Positions 37,386 to 46,569 of a DNA stretch of 47,951 nucleotides are shown piece by piece. Source of the DNA: a virus (taxonomy: Duplodnaviria > Caudoviricetes); IMG/VR virus record IMGVR_UViG_3300010362_000029, positions 1 to 47,951 of that record; one strand, given 5' to 3'. Under the pieces are notes generated by a model that saw nothing but the letters and a program-made list of their open reading frames with translations, was not told where the DNA came from and did not search any database. Position 1 is the stretch's first letter. The number at the start of each line of letters is the position of its first letter. The translations under genes and the position numbers were made by a program.

Positions 37386-37990
37386 AGGAGATTTTCAAGA
37401 CGCTGCAGGGCGAGGGTTTTTATGTCGGGCGGGCGGCGGTGTTCTGCCGATTTGCCGGCTGCAATCTATGGTCCGGGCGCGAGGAGGATCGCGCTGCGGC
37501 GGTGTGCACGTTCTGCGACACGGATTTTGTTGGCGGCGACAGGTTTGAGGACGCCGAGGCGCTGGCTGGTGCGATTCTGGCGGCGTGGGGTGATGGGCGA
37601 CCGTGCCGGTTCGTTGTGTTCACCGGTGGCGAGCCGTTGCTCCAGCTTGACGAGGCGCTGCTGGCGGCGGTGCATCAGCGCGGCTTTGGGGTTGCGGTGG
37701 AGACGAATGGGACGCTGCCCATCCCTGGCACGATCGAGTGGTTATGCGTGAGCCCGAAGGCGGGCGCGCCGCTCGGGCTGCACGAAGCGGACGAGGTGAA
37801 GATCGTTTTTCCGCAGGATGGTCTCGATCCGGAGGTTGTGCGGGCGGCTCTGCCGGCAACGCGGTATTCGATTCAACCGATGGACGGGGCGGACCTTGAG
37901 CGGAACAACGCGGCGGCGGTGGCCTATGTGCTGGCGCATCCGTGGTGGCGGCTGAGCACGCAAACCCACAAGCACTTGGGAATCAGATGA
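37373..37990 (+). CDS. queE: 7-carboxy-7-deazaguanine synthase (radical SAM, CX14CX2C type)
   Basis: KEIFKTLQGEG...RFAGCNLWSGREEDRAAAVCTFCDTDF, TGGEPLLQ, ETNG and QTHK. Confidence 0.95.
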   Translation: MYAVKEIFKTLQGEGFYVGRAAVFCRFAGCNLWSGREEDRAAAVCTFCDTDFVGGDRFEDAEALAGAILAAWGDGRPCRFVVFTGGEPLLQLDEALLAAVHQRGFGVAVETNGTLPIPGTIEWLCVSPKAGAPLGLHEADEVKIVFPQDGLDPEVVRAALPATRYSIQPMDGADLERNNAAAVAYVLAHPWWRLSTQTHKHLGIR

Positions 37991-38304
37991 CGACGCTGGT
38001 CGGGGCGAGGGCGATGTTCTGTGCCGGGCACTGGCTGCCGCAGCACGAAGAGGCGCACGGGCACTCGTACCAGGTCTGGGCCTACGCGCGCGAGGGACGC
38101 TGCGTTGAGGCACTGCAGCGCGAGCTCGCGGCGGCGTGCGCGCTGCTTGACCACCGGATGCTCAACGACGTGATGGAGGAGGAGCCGACGATGGAGAACA
38201 TCGCGCGCTACGTTGCAGCGCGGGTGAGCGGCTTGGCCAAGGTGGTCGTAGCGCGGCCGGTCGAGGGTCTCAGGTGTGAGTATCACGTCGATGCTGGCGC
38301 CTGA
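37987..38304 (+). CDS. queD: 6-carboxytetrahydropterin synthase
   Basis: FCAGH...HGHSY...LDHRMLND...PTMENIA. Confidence 0.85.
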   Translation: MTTLVGARAMFCAGHWLPQHEEAHGHSYQVWAYAREGRCVEALQRELAAACALLDHRMLNDVMEEEPTMENIARYVAARVSGLAKVVVARPVEGLRCEYHVDAGA

Positions 38305-38398
38305 CCATCGGCGGCGCAACGGCTGGATCTTGTGGGCGGCGGTGGTGGCGTTCCTGCTGGTGCTGGCGATCGTGCTGCTGGCGGGAGCGGCGCGATGA
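38291..38398 (+). CDS. 35-aa single-TM peptide
   Basis: MLAPDHRRRNGWILWAAVVAFLLVLAIVLLAGAAR; ATGA overlap with the next gene; not in the ORF track. Confidence 0.5.
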   Translation: MLAPDHRRRNGWILWAAVVAFLLVLAIVLLAGAAR

Positions 38399-38901
38399 CG
38401 TGGCGACTGTCATGGCGGGCCGATCCGGTGGCGCGACTGGTCGCCGACCGCCATTACAACCGGCAGGCTGTCGGCGCGGCGCAATTTGTCCCGCCCGGCG
38501 CATGCGTGGTGCTGCGATCGGAGCAGGCGCGAGCAGTGTGGGTGACGTCGTGGCCGCGGCCCGAGTACGTCATGCACCAGTGGCGCGGGTTGTGGGTCAA
38601 CACGCTGTTCCGCCGCGAAGAGGGTGGCGGCCGGGCGAGCGAGATGATCCGCGCGGCGGTGGCAGCAACGCGGGCGCTGTGGGCGCCGCCACCGGGCGGC
38701 CTGATCACGTTCGTCGATTCGCGCGAGGTCCCGGGCGTGATGGTGCGCGGCGAGCGCATCTATGGGTTCTGCTACCTCAAGGCCGGGTTCGAGCACGTCG
38801 GCTTCACCGCAACGGAAGAATTGTGGGCGTGGCAATTGCGGCCGGAGCGGATGCCGACGGCGGCGCCGCCGCTCGGAATGCAACTGAGGTTAGCCGTGTG
38901 A
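38395..38901 (+). CDS. Mom-like / GNAT-fold putative DNA modification protein
   Basis: ADRHY...ASEMIRAA...LITFVD...GFCYLKAGF resembles Mom-family patterns. Confidence 0.5.
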   Translation: MTWRLSWRADPVARLVADRHYNRQAVGAAQFVPPGACVVLRSEQARAVWVTSWPRPEYVMHQWRGLWVNTLFRREEGGGRASEMIRAAVAATRALWAPPPGGLITFVDSREVPGVMVRGERIYGFCYLKAGFEHVGFTATEELWAWQLRPERMPTAAPPLGMQLRLAV

Positions 38902-39116
38902 TGGACTGGTCCGCCGCAAAACGCGACACGCTCCGCCGCCGCGTGCGCAAAGGCGCCGCGTTCGCCCGCCCGGAATTCCGCCAACCGTCGACCGAACGAA
39001 TGATCGCCAACGGTCCGACGTCGCCCGCAATCAAGATCGTCGACGAAGCCACTCGTCGGCTGATCGACGAGGCAATCGCCCAGCAAAAACCAGCAGAACG
39101 AATCGTGCCTCGGTGA
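38901..39116 (+). CDS. Hypothetical protein
   Basis: MDWSAAKRD..., coupled to the upstream stop. Confidence 0.45.
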   Translation: MDWSAAKRDTLRRRVRKGAAFARPEFRQPSTERMIANGPTSPAIKIVDEATRRLIDEAIAQQKPAERIVPR

Positions 39117-39650
39117 TCTCCGCAGCACCGTCAAGAGCAACGTCAATGCCTGTGTAAAACCTGCAACGAGAAGATAGGTAAGTACGCGCCGTGCGTGCCT
39201 TAAGTTGTAGAGAGAAAAGCGCGTGACACTTCTCACACGTAGAACGGGCGGAATTCGCGATCTCATTTCTGGTTGTGGGCAAAATGACGCTTGTGACGCT
39301 TGTTCAGAAATTCAAGCACCTTATCATGACACACTGCACACAAACCTCATCTAGCACTTGCGATATGAACACCTCGATACAAACAAAAAATTCCGTAGAC
39401 ACAAACATCCAAAAACCACCGTAAAGACATCTTGCCGTCACTCCCGTCACCATATCCGTCACTAACCAACCCGCTGAATATACAGTAAAAATGACACTAG
39501 TGTCACTAGTGACACTAGTCGTACTATCAAGCTATATTTACCTTCGCAGGTGCAGCATTTTTTTACGCTGCATTGCAGGACGTAGATTCACGGAGAATAT
39601 AGGCGTAGACGTCACGTCCGTCACCGATCGCTAGAAAAACCTGCCGCCGC
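39117..39650. other. AT-rich non-coding region with TGAC/GTCA iterons, candidate replication origin
   Basis: TGACGCTTG x2 (39285-39302), CCGTCAC x3 (39435-39462) and a 24-bp palindrome at 39496-39519. Confidence 0.6.
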
Positions 39651-39853
39651 CGAGCTCAGCCTCGCGCGCGCGCGCCCGTGCGCGCGCGAGGAGATGCTGC
39701 CGGCCAGAGCCGCCGCTGTGCTTCGAGATTGCGTCGGGCTGGCTCTGATCGCCGCGCCCGCGGTTGGGCTCGCCAAGCGGGCTCCGCTGCGCGATTGTGG
39801 GCCTGCCAGAATGACGGGTTTTTCCCTTCCTTCTGCTCGCTTGGCGCTCTATG

Positions 39854-39881
39854 TGTCACGTTGACCTTGGTCAACCTGACA
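39854..39881. promoter_or_regulatory. res-like / autoregulatory inverted repeat
   Basis: TGTCACGTTGACC-TT-GGTCAACCTGACA: 13-bp arms with one mismatch, just upstream of the resolvase. Confidence 0.65.
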
Positions 39882-39897
39882 TAGAAGGGAGCCAGCA

Positions 39898-40545
39898 GTG
39901 GCCAGCAATCGCAATCTCGTCGCCTACTTCCGCGTCTCGACCAGGCGCCAGGGCCGCTCCGGCCTTGGCCTGGACGCGCAAAGAGCCGCGGTCGCCCGCT
40001 TCGCCGAAGCCAACGGGCTCGCCATTGCTGGCGAGCACATCGAGATCGAGACGGGGAGAGGCGAGGACGCGCTCGAGCGCCGGCCGCAACTGGCGGCCGC
40101 ATTGGCGGCGGCCCGCAAGGCAAAGTGCGCAATCGTCGTCGCCAAGCTGGATCGATTGAGCCGCGACGTGGCCTTTATCGCCAGCCTGATGGTCCAACGC
40201 GTTCCCTTCATCGTCGCCGAGCTCGGGCCCGACGTCGATCCGTTCATGCTGCACATCTACGCCGCGCTCGCCGAGAAAGAGCGGCGGCTCATCTCGCAGC
40301 GCACGCGCGCGGCTCTGGCTCAGGCGAAGGCGCGCGGTACCAAGCTTGGCAATGCTGGGCTGGCTGCGGCCAATCGAGCCGCGGCGCGCGAGCGCGCAGA
40401 GCAGCTGCGCCCGGTTCTCGACGAGATCGCCGCGCGGTCGCTCAACGAGCAAGCGCGCGAATTGAATGCGCGCGGCATTGCTGGTCCGAATGGTGGTGCG
40501 TGGTCTGCCACGTCGGTCAAGCGAGTGCGCGCGCGGCTCGCGTGA
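39898..40545 (+). CDS. Serine recombinase (resolvase family)
   Basis: [11 protein letters not shown]...RPQL...VAKLDRLSR...ERRLISQRT. Confidence 0.93.
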   Translation: MASNRNLVAYFRVSTRRQGRSGLGLDAQRAAVARFAEANGLAIAGEHIEIETGRGEDALERRPQLAAALAAARKAKCAIVVAKLDRLSRDVAFIASLMVQRVPFIVAELGPDVDPFMLHIYAALAEKERRLISQRTRAALAQAKARGTKLGNAGLAAANRAAARERAEQLRPVLDEIAARSLNEQARELNARGIAGPNGGAWSATSVKRVRARLA

Positions 40546-40827
40546 CCGGGGGCTTCGATTGCCGGGCGCGGGCGATTGGCGGACGGGCCGTGGGCACCAC
40601 TTTGGCAGTGGATTTCTGGCGGGGGGAAGGACTGCCAATATGGCATATCTGGCGGGATAGTTTGGTTGGGTGAGAAGTGGCCGTGGTTCCGTGGGTTTTT
40701 GCCATTTTGGATGGAAGGTCGCATGGGACTGAATTCCCATAGTTCCTATGGCGAGCACTGCCATTTTGGCATATATTACTGGCGTCGGGTTGGCGATTGG
40801 CGCTGGCCAGGGAATGGAGCCAGAGAG

Positions 40828-41061
40828 ATGGCGAAGCGGAAGAAGGGTGAGACGACGTTGGTGCGGGTCGATGCGCGCGGCGAGCGTCATTTTGAAATTG
40901 AGGATGCGCGCGGCAGGCGGATGACGACGTTGACGGCGTTTCGTGCTGATCAGGATGCGCGGGCTTTGATGGCTGCGGCGATCATGGACGCGGTGCGGCG
41001 TGGTGATCTTGAGGGTTGTGCGCGGGCGCAGGCGGCGATGCGCGAAGCATTTCCGGTCTGA
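40828..41061 (+). CDS. Hypothetical protein
   Basis: Purine-rich leader and ATG; start of the small-gene cluster. Confidence 0.5.
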   Translation: MAKRKKGETTLVRVDARGERHFEIEDARGRRMTTLTAFRADQDARALMAAAIMDAVRRGDLEGCARAQAAMREAFPV

Positions 41062-41084
41062 ATTCTGGCCAAACGGAGAGAGCG

Positions 41085-41462
41085 ATGAGGCGGAAGGTTG
41101 AGATTTTGCATCCGGTTGAGATCCCGGAAGACGAGGTGCTGCTGGCTCCGCGCGAGTGGGGTGTGTGGTGCGAGGTTTGGGGTGGGGTGACTGGGAGCCG
41201 CGAGGCTTGGCTTAAGAGCAATGGTGCTCGCGCGACTTTTGCGACGCGGGAGGAGGCGGAGGCGGAGGCTGCTGGTTTGATGGCGAAGCAATGGTGCGAA
41301 TCCGAATCGGGTTGCGACGTTCCGGTACACGGCGCGGTTGTTGACGGACTTTTGATGGCGAAACGCGGCGGTGTTGCCGCGTCTGCGGATGGGTGGCTCC
41401 CAACTGCGCTGATGATGCCAAGCCAAGAAACGGGAGAGGACGATGGCGATGTCGATGCATGA
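41085..41462 (+). CDS. Hypothetical protein
   Basis: AACGGAGAG leader; VWCEVWGGVTGSREAWLK. Confidence 0.5.
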   Translation: MRRKVEILHPVEIPEDEVLLAPREWGVWCEVWGGVTGSREAWLKSNGARATFATREEAEAEAAGLMAKQWCESESGCDVPVHGAVVDGLLMAKRGGVAASADGWLPTALMMPSQETGEDDGDVDA

Positions 41463-41697
41463 GCGTGCTGCTCGGCTTTTTGAGATCAAGGAAGAGATGC
41501 TCGATCTGTTGCGTGAGTCGGAGCAGTTGTTGCGTGGGACGGATTCGGAGGATCGCGCTCGGTCTTACTGGTGGGCGCACATTCGCTGCGCGCTCGACCG
41601 CGACCACACGTATTTGGATCGTTCGATGACGATGGAGGAGACGGTTCAGGAGTTGGAGGCGGCGGCGGACGCGAGTGAGGACGCGGAGACGGCGTGA
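41443..41697 (+). CDS. Hypothetical protein
   Basis: GGGAGAGG RBS; helical acidic protein. Confidence 0.6.
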   Translation: MAMSMHERAARLFEIKEEMLDLLRESEQLLRGTDSEDRARSYWWAHIRCALDRDHTYLDRSMTMEETVQELEAAADASEDAETA

Positions 41698-41786
41698 TTT
41701 GGCGAAACGCGGCATGCGGCCGCGTCTGCGCGCGGGTGGTTTCCGCCGCACTGACGAGCCAAACCAAAAAAGGAACGGAGACGACG

Positions 41787-42005
41787 ATGACTGTTGGTGA
41801 ACTGATTAACGAACTGCAGGCATTTCCGCCGGAAACGGAGGTGCATTTTGCCTATCCCTATGGCGACTATTGGCGGACGACGGTTGCTCCGCCGGTGAGC
41901 AGTGTCGATGAGGGCGAGGTGGTTCATTCCGATTATCACCGGATGCCGAAGGTGGTTGAGGAAGGCGTGCACAGCGACGCGGTCGCGGTGGTGCTGATTG
42001 GTTGA
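41787..42005 (+). CDS. Hypothetical phage protein
   Basis: MTVGELINELQAFPPETEV, a common N-terminus of small phage proteins; strong RBS. Confidence 0.65.
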   Translation: MTVGELINELQAFPPETEVHFAYPYGDYWRTTVAPPVSSVDEGEVVHSDYHRMPKVVEEGVHSDAVAVVLIG

Positions 42006-42033
42006 TGCGCGCGAAACAACGGGAGCAACGACG

Positions 42034-42303
42034 ATGACGACACCGACGAGCAAGGGGCGCGCCGCGGCCGCCGACATGCACGACGCGCTCGCCCGCAAGG
42101 GGCGGAAGGGAGACGCGGTCACGCAGGCTTTCGACCGCCAGCGCGCGGAGATCGAGCGGCGGTTGGCGCTGCTCGCAACATCGCCGCGCCTGACCGACGC
42201 CGGTCCCAAGACTTGGCCCGCGGTCGGCACGCTGGAAGCAATCAACGAACGGTTGGCGCAGGCGCTGCATTGGGCGGGCGTCGCCGAGTTCGTGGAACGC
42301 TAA
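42034..42303 (+). CDS. Hypothetical protein
   Basis: GGGAG RBS; co-oriented with the cluster. Confidence 0.55.
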   Translation: MTTPTSKGRAAAADMHDALARKGRKGDAVTQAFDRQRAEIERRLALLATSPRLTDAGPKTWPAVGTLEAINERLAQALHWAGVAEFVER

Positions 42304-42321
42304 AACACAACGGGAGACGGA

Positions 42322-42582
42322 ATGATGAATACGACGAGAACTAGGTTCAGTGAGTTGCTCGACGCGCTGTGCGACGAGTACACGGCGTGGAACAAGGCGA
42401 ACGGGCTCAAGCTTGGTTCCGCCGACGAGCATCTGCACGATGAGGCGTTGACCGAGGAGCAGCGCGCGTGGCTCGCGGACTTCTGCGAGCGCTGGGACGC
42501 GATCAATGAGGCGTTGGTGCGCGCGCTGCATCGGGTGTCGCCGAGTTCGTGGAATTGCTCGGGAGGGCAAAGCAATGACTGA
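42322..42582 (+). CDS. Hypothetical protein
   Basis: GGGAG RBS; co-oriented with the cluster. Confidence 0.55.
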   Translation: MMNTTRTRFSELLDALCDEYTAWNKANGLKLGSADEHLHDEALTEEQRAWLADFCERWDAINEALVRALHRVSPSSWNCSGGQSND

Positions 42583-43015
42583 GCGCACCACCATACCGCC
42601 GCTGCCCACGCGGCTGCTAACGTTCACCGCCACCGTGCGAGTCGCTGTCGACCAGATCGACGACGAAGCCGCGCGCGTCGCGGCGGCCAACGACTTGCGC
42701 GTGCTGCTGGAGCAGCACGGCTACGACCCGACCATCACCATCATCGGCACCGGAGCAAACCCGGCGACTCCCATGCCACTAGCCGAAGCCCTGCCGATCC
42801 TGATCGACATGGCCGCACGCTATGGCGAGAACGCCGAGGAGATGTTCATCCGCCGCCCCACCGCCGACATGACCGACGAACAGTGCGCCGCGCTCGCCGC
42901 CGAAACCGACGACGAGGTGAGCGACGTCATCGAGATTCGCGACCTGTGGCGCGCGGTGGACGCCGCGAATGCTGCGCTTGCGGCATCGCCAGCGGCCGAG
43001 GTGAAGCAGCGATGA
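42575..43015 (+). CDS. Hypothetical protein
   Basis: GGGAGG RBS; overlaps both neighbours. Confidence 0.55.
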   Translation: MTERTTIPPLPTRLLTFTATVRVAVDQIDDEAARVAAANDLRVLLEQHGYDPTITIIGTGANPATPMPLAEALPILIDMAARYGENAEEMFIRRPTADMTDEQCAALAAETDDEVSDVIEIRDLWRAVDAANAALAASPAAEVKQR

Positions 43016-43254
43016 TGACGTTCAACGAATGGCGCGCGGCCGTGGTTGCTGCCGCGCGCGAGCGCGGAGCGGTGCTCGACGTGGTCGGTGTGCCGACCAA
43101 GGAATGGAAGCGCTGGTTCATCCTCGGCGAGCCGCTGGAGACCACCGTCGACCGCGTTCTCGCCCACGCCCACAACACCGCGCGCGCCGCCCACCTGCGG
43201 CGCCAGCGCACCACCACCAACACCTTCAACCGAACCGCAAGGAACAAGCGATGA
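43012..43254 (+). CDS. Hypothetical protein
   Basis: ATGA coupling at both ends. Confidence 0.55.
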   Translation: MMTFNEWRAAVVAAARERGAVLDVVGVPTKEWKRWFILGEPLETTVDRVLAHAHNTARAAHLRRQRTTTNTFNRTARNKR

Positions 43255-43691
43255 CGACACTGATCTTCAACGCCGCCGATGTGCGCCGCATTGTCGAGCA
43301 CGCGCTCGCTGCGCCGCGGCACCAGGATCATCTCGTCGGCTACACCGACGACTTCCAACCCATCACCGAACCGGGCCAGCCCGCGCTCGTGCTGGTCCAC
43401 GACGACGGCGTCTACCTCATGAGCAATGGCCTGCCGCGCGACCTCGTCTCCGGCACGGAGGACAACGGCCGCTCGTTCGTCGCCTACGCCAAGGGCTGCC
43501 ACCCGCAGAACGACGCGGGTTGGTGGGACGCCTCACGCGCGCTCGTCGGCGGCGATGATTTTGCCGAGACGCTGCCCTGGGCGCGCGAGGTGCTCGCGCT
43601 GATCGAGCGCGGCGCGCCGCGCATCGAGCTCGAATTCACCGACGATGGCATCGGCCTCGTCGAACCGCGCCCGATCAGGAGCAGGCAATGA
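43251..43691 (+). CDS. DUF3085-like protein
   Basis: LVHDDGVYLMSNG...VAYAKGCHP...GGDDFAE. Confidence 0.78.
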   Translation: MTTLIFNAADVRRIVEHALAAPRHQDHLVGYTDDFQPITEPGQPALVLVHDDGVYLMSNGLPRDLVSGTEDNGRSFVAYAKGCHPQNDAGWWDASRALVGGDDFAETLPWAREVLALIERGAPRIELEFTDDGIGLVEPRPIRSRQ

Positions 43692-43987
43692 CGTATCGCG
43701 AAGAGTTTCCAGACTTCGATCCGGCGACGCTGCCGACGATCCCGGCGGGCTGGGCGGACATCAGTTGGCACAACGACGCCTGCCCGTCGTTCGACACCGG
43801 CGCGGGCAAGTTCGTTTACGTCGACTACGCCGACGCGACGCTGCGCGAGTGGCCTGAAAGCAAGCGCTTCATCGTGATGCTCGACCCGGAAGTGCGCGAT
43901 GGCGGCGATGTGCTTTTGGCGACCGACGACTGGAGCGCCGTGCTCGCGGAGATCGCTTGTGCCGCGCCGCCGAAGGTGGCGCCATGA
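43688..43987 (+). CDS. Hypothetical phage protein
   Basis: DISWHNDACPSF motif; ATGA coupling. Confidence 0.6.
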   Translation: MTYREEFPDFDPATLPTIPAGWADISWHNDACPSFDTGAGKFVYVDYADATLREWPESKRFIVMLDPEVRDGGDVLLATDDWSAVLAEIACAAPPKVAP

Positions 43988-44220
43988 GAAAAACGGCGCT
44001 CGCCTGCGCGCTGGTGCTCCTGGGCGCCAGCCCGGCGCTGGCGCAGAGCACTTTCCACGACAGCGTCGGCAACGTCGTCGGCAAGTCGCGCACCGACTTG
44101 AATGGCGTGACCACGCTCTCCAACCGCGCCGGTTTCACCACCGGCAAGGCGCGCACCGATAGCAACGGCGTGACCCGGTTCTACGACGCGAGCGGTCGGC
44201 AGATTGGAAGCAAACGATGA
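43984..44220 (+). CDS. Small secreted protein with beta-hairpin repeats
   Basis: Signal peptide ending ASPALA; repeated RTDxNGVT. Confidence 0.6.
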   Translation: MRKTALACALVLLGASPALAQSTFHDSVGNVVGKSRTDLNGVTTLSNRAGFTTGKARTDSNGVTRFYDASGRQIGSKR

Positions 44221-44489
44221 CCAACGGCAAGAAACACAGCGACCTGATGGTGCCGACCGTGCACCTCAACGGCACCTCGCGCGATGAATTGAGCAGGCAA
44301 GTCTGCCAAGCCTATGCCGCGGTGGTGGAGGCGGGGCGCGCGCTCGCCGCCTCTGCTCCCAACGGCCGCGACTACTACCCGCAAGGGCAGGACGCGATCA
44401 TCCGCGCGATGACGCAGCACGAACTGCGCATGCGCAAACTGCGCGAGGTCGCCGACGAGCTCCAGCACATCGCCGAGCAGATTGCGTGA
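44217..44489 (+). CDS. Hypothetical phage protein
   Basis: PTVHLNGTS...PNGRDYYPQG. Confidence 0.6.
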   Translation: MTNGKKHSDLMVPTVHLNGTSRDELSRQVCQAYAAVVEAGRALAASAPNGRDYYPQGQDAIIRAMTQHELRMRKLREVADELQHIAEQIA

Positions 44490-44528
44490 TCTGAAAGAAC
44501 CAAACCCGGAAAAAAGGAAACGACGACG

Positions 44529-44828
44529 ATGAACGAACTACTGCACACGAACCTGACCTCGCTGCTGCCGCTCCTGATCACCTTCGCGCCGCTCATCCTC
44601 GCCGTCACGCGCGGCAGGGGCGGCGGCGGCTGGAAGGTCGCCACTGGCCTGCTTTGCCTGCTCGCGCCCATCGGCGTGTTCTTCGGCGTCCTGCCCGGCC
44701 TGCTCGCCTGGATCGCCGCATGGTGCACGGCCGCAGCTGCATCCTCGGCCGCACGCAACATCGCGATGCAGGAGAAGATTTACGCCGCCCTTGCCGCACG
44801 ACACCGGCAGCAGGAGGGCGGGCGATGA
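44529..44828 (+). CDS. Small multi-TM membrane protein
   Basis: Two to three hydrophobic helices; A-rich leader. Confidence 0.6.
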   Translation: MNELLHTNLTSLLPLLITFAPLILAVTRGRGGGGWKVATGLLCLLAPIGVFFGVLPGLLAWIAAWCTAAAASSAARNIAMQEKIYAALAARHRQQEGGR

Positions 44829-45160
44829 GCGACGCATTCTTTTCCTGGCTCGACCGCACGACAGCCGATGCCAGAGCGACGCCGCTCGGCGCGCGCATGG
44901 TGGCGGCAGGCTACGGCATCGACCATACCGGCGGCGGTTGCCTTGCGTGGGCGAAAACCAACGCGGCGGGCGACTGCGTGTGGATTACCTACAATGATGG
45001 AATCAGTCTGTTACCCGAGGGCGACGAAACCGCTGAAGCGGCGCAGTGGCTCGTCGGGCTCTACCTCAACAACAGTGATGACGAGCCGCAGGTGGCGGAG
45101 GTGATCGGAATCTCGGCGGCGCTGCAGCAGGCCGAAACCATGCTGGCGGTGGCGCCATGA
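44825..45160 (+). CDS. Hypothetical protein
   Basis: HTGGGCLAW motif; ATGA coupling. Confidence 0.55.
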   Translation: MSDAFFSWLDRTTADARATPLGARMVAAGYGIDHTGGGCLAWAKTNAAGDCVWITYNDGISLLPEGDETAEAAQWLVGLYLNNSDDEPQVAEVIGISAALQQAETMLAVAP

Positions 45161-45357
45161 GCGACGACGCCGCCAACCGGCAATTCATCGCCGCCATCAA
45201 CGGGCAGATCGCCACGCTGTCGGGTCGGCGCTACGCGATCAAGCTGGAAGCGCTCGACGCCGCCAGCCTGCGCGAACTGCTGCGCCTGCTGCGCGACCTG
45301 GAGTACGAAAAGATGTCCGCGGTGCGCCGCGCCAAGACCATGCCGTGGAGACGATGA
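45157..45357 (+). CDS. Hypothetical protein
   Basis: ATGA coupling at both ends. Confidence 0.55.
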   Translation: MSDDAANRQFIAAINGQIATLSGRRYAIKLEALDAASLRELLRLLRDLEYEKMSAVRRAKTMPWRR

Positions 45358-45569
45358 CGATGGCACACAGCAGCATGACCGCAACCGAATACCGCCACCT
45401 GCTCGAACGGCTGAACCTGTCGATCATCGACGCCGGGCGGGTGTTCGGCTTCTCCGCGCGGCAGGCCTACCGCTATTCCGCCGAGGGCCCGATTCCCAGC
45501 GTGGTGGCCAAACTGGTGCGCCTCGCCGCCGCCCACCGCCTGACACCGGAGCAAATCAAGCGGTTGTAG
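45354..45569 (+). CDS. Small HTH protein
   Basis: MTATEYRHLLERLNLSIIDAGRVFGFSARQAYRY. Confidence 0.65.
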   Translation: MTMAHSSMTATEYRHLLERLNLSIIDAGRVFGFSARQAYRYSAEGPIPSVVAKLVRLAAAHRLTPEQIKRL

Positions 45570-45699
45570 TTTGCCTTGACCAAACTGCACCGGGAGCATT
45601 ACCGTACCCGGTATCACAACTAGAGAAGTATTCGGCGGTGTCCGCAAGGCCACCCGCCCGACTTGTTTCAGCCACCCAACAAAAGAACGGAGCAATCGA

Positions 45700-46158
45700 A
45701 TGCCAGCCAGCGGACCCAACCTGTTCCACGTGAGCGCAATCATCGACGAAAAACGCTTGTGGGATCTCTTGCGTCACATGGAGGCGGTCAGAGCCTACGA
45801 TGTCGAAGTCCGCCCGGTCGCGCCGACCGCCGGGCTCCTGGCCGCTCCCGCCGGAGCGACGGCCGCCGCCAACGCGCCCGACGCCCTCTATGCGACCATG
45901 ATCGGCAACCGCAAGCCGCGTGCCGACGAAGGCGCATCCGGCAAGGCGCGCCGCGCCATCGCCGAGATCGTCGCCGTCAACCCGACCGCGACGTTCACGC
46001 ACAGCGACGTGCTCGCGCACGGAGCCGACGCCAAGGCGATCACGAACACGGTCTTCATTCTGATCAGGACGAAGATGCTCAAGCGCGTCGAGAAGGGAGC
46101 CTACAAAGCCACCCCGCGCCTGCTCAATGGCAGCCATGCTCACGAGGTGGCGGAATGA
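45700..46158 (+). CDS. Hypothetical protein, possible C-terminal winged helix
   Basis: AACGGAG RBS; LKRVEKGAY wing-like ending. Confidence 0.55.
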   Translation: MPASGPNLFHVSAIIDEKRLWDLLRHMEAVRAYDVEVRPVAPTAGLLAAPAGATAAANAPDALYATMIGNRKPRADEGASGKARRAIAEIVAVNPTATFTHSDVLAHGADAKAITNTVFILIRTKMLKRVEKGAYKATPRLLNGSHAHEVAE

Positions 46159-46484
46159 GCACATACAGCAACCGCACCGGCCGCACCCACCACAACGGCG
46201 GCCATCTCAAGCTGTATCGGTCATACAATTTCCGCGACAAGGACCCGATCATCGACCGCATCCGGACATTGATGCGCGACCAGCATGCGCGCTACCGCGA
46301 CATCGAGGAAGCGAGCGGCGTGTCAACATCCACGCTGTACCAGTGGTTCAACGGCGAGACCCGTCGGCCGCAGTTCGCCACCGTGATGGCGGTGATGCGC
46401 GCGCTCAGCTACGACCTGCAAATCACCAAGCAGAAGCGTGTCGCCGGCGCCCAGGTAATCGAGCTTCGCAGGCGCGCAGCGTAG
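46155..46484 (+). CDS. XRE-like HTH protein
   Basis: IEEASGVSTSTLYQWFNGETRRPQFATV. Confidence 0.75.
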   Translation: MSTYSNRTGRTHHNGGHLKLYRSYNFRDKDPIIDRIRTLMRDQHARYRDIEEASGVSTSTLYQWFNGETRRPQFATVMAVMRALSYDLQITKQKRVAGAQVIELRRRAA

Positions 46485-46508
46485 CCGTAAACGCGCGCCA
46501 CGCGAGGA

Positions 46509-46556
46509 CGGGGGCTGGCGGGTTCTCGACGACCCGACCGGCCCCCGACGCTTTTT
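46509..46556 (+). terminator. Possible intrinsic terminator
   Basis: CGGGGGCTGG-CGGGTT...GACCCG-ACCGGCCCCCG hairpin, then ACGCTTTTT. Confidence 0.45.
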
Positions 46557-46569
46557 GGGAGGTCCCATC

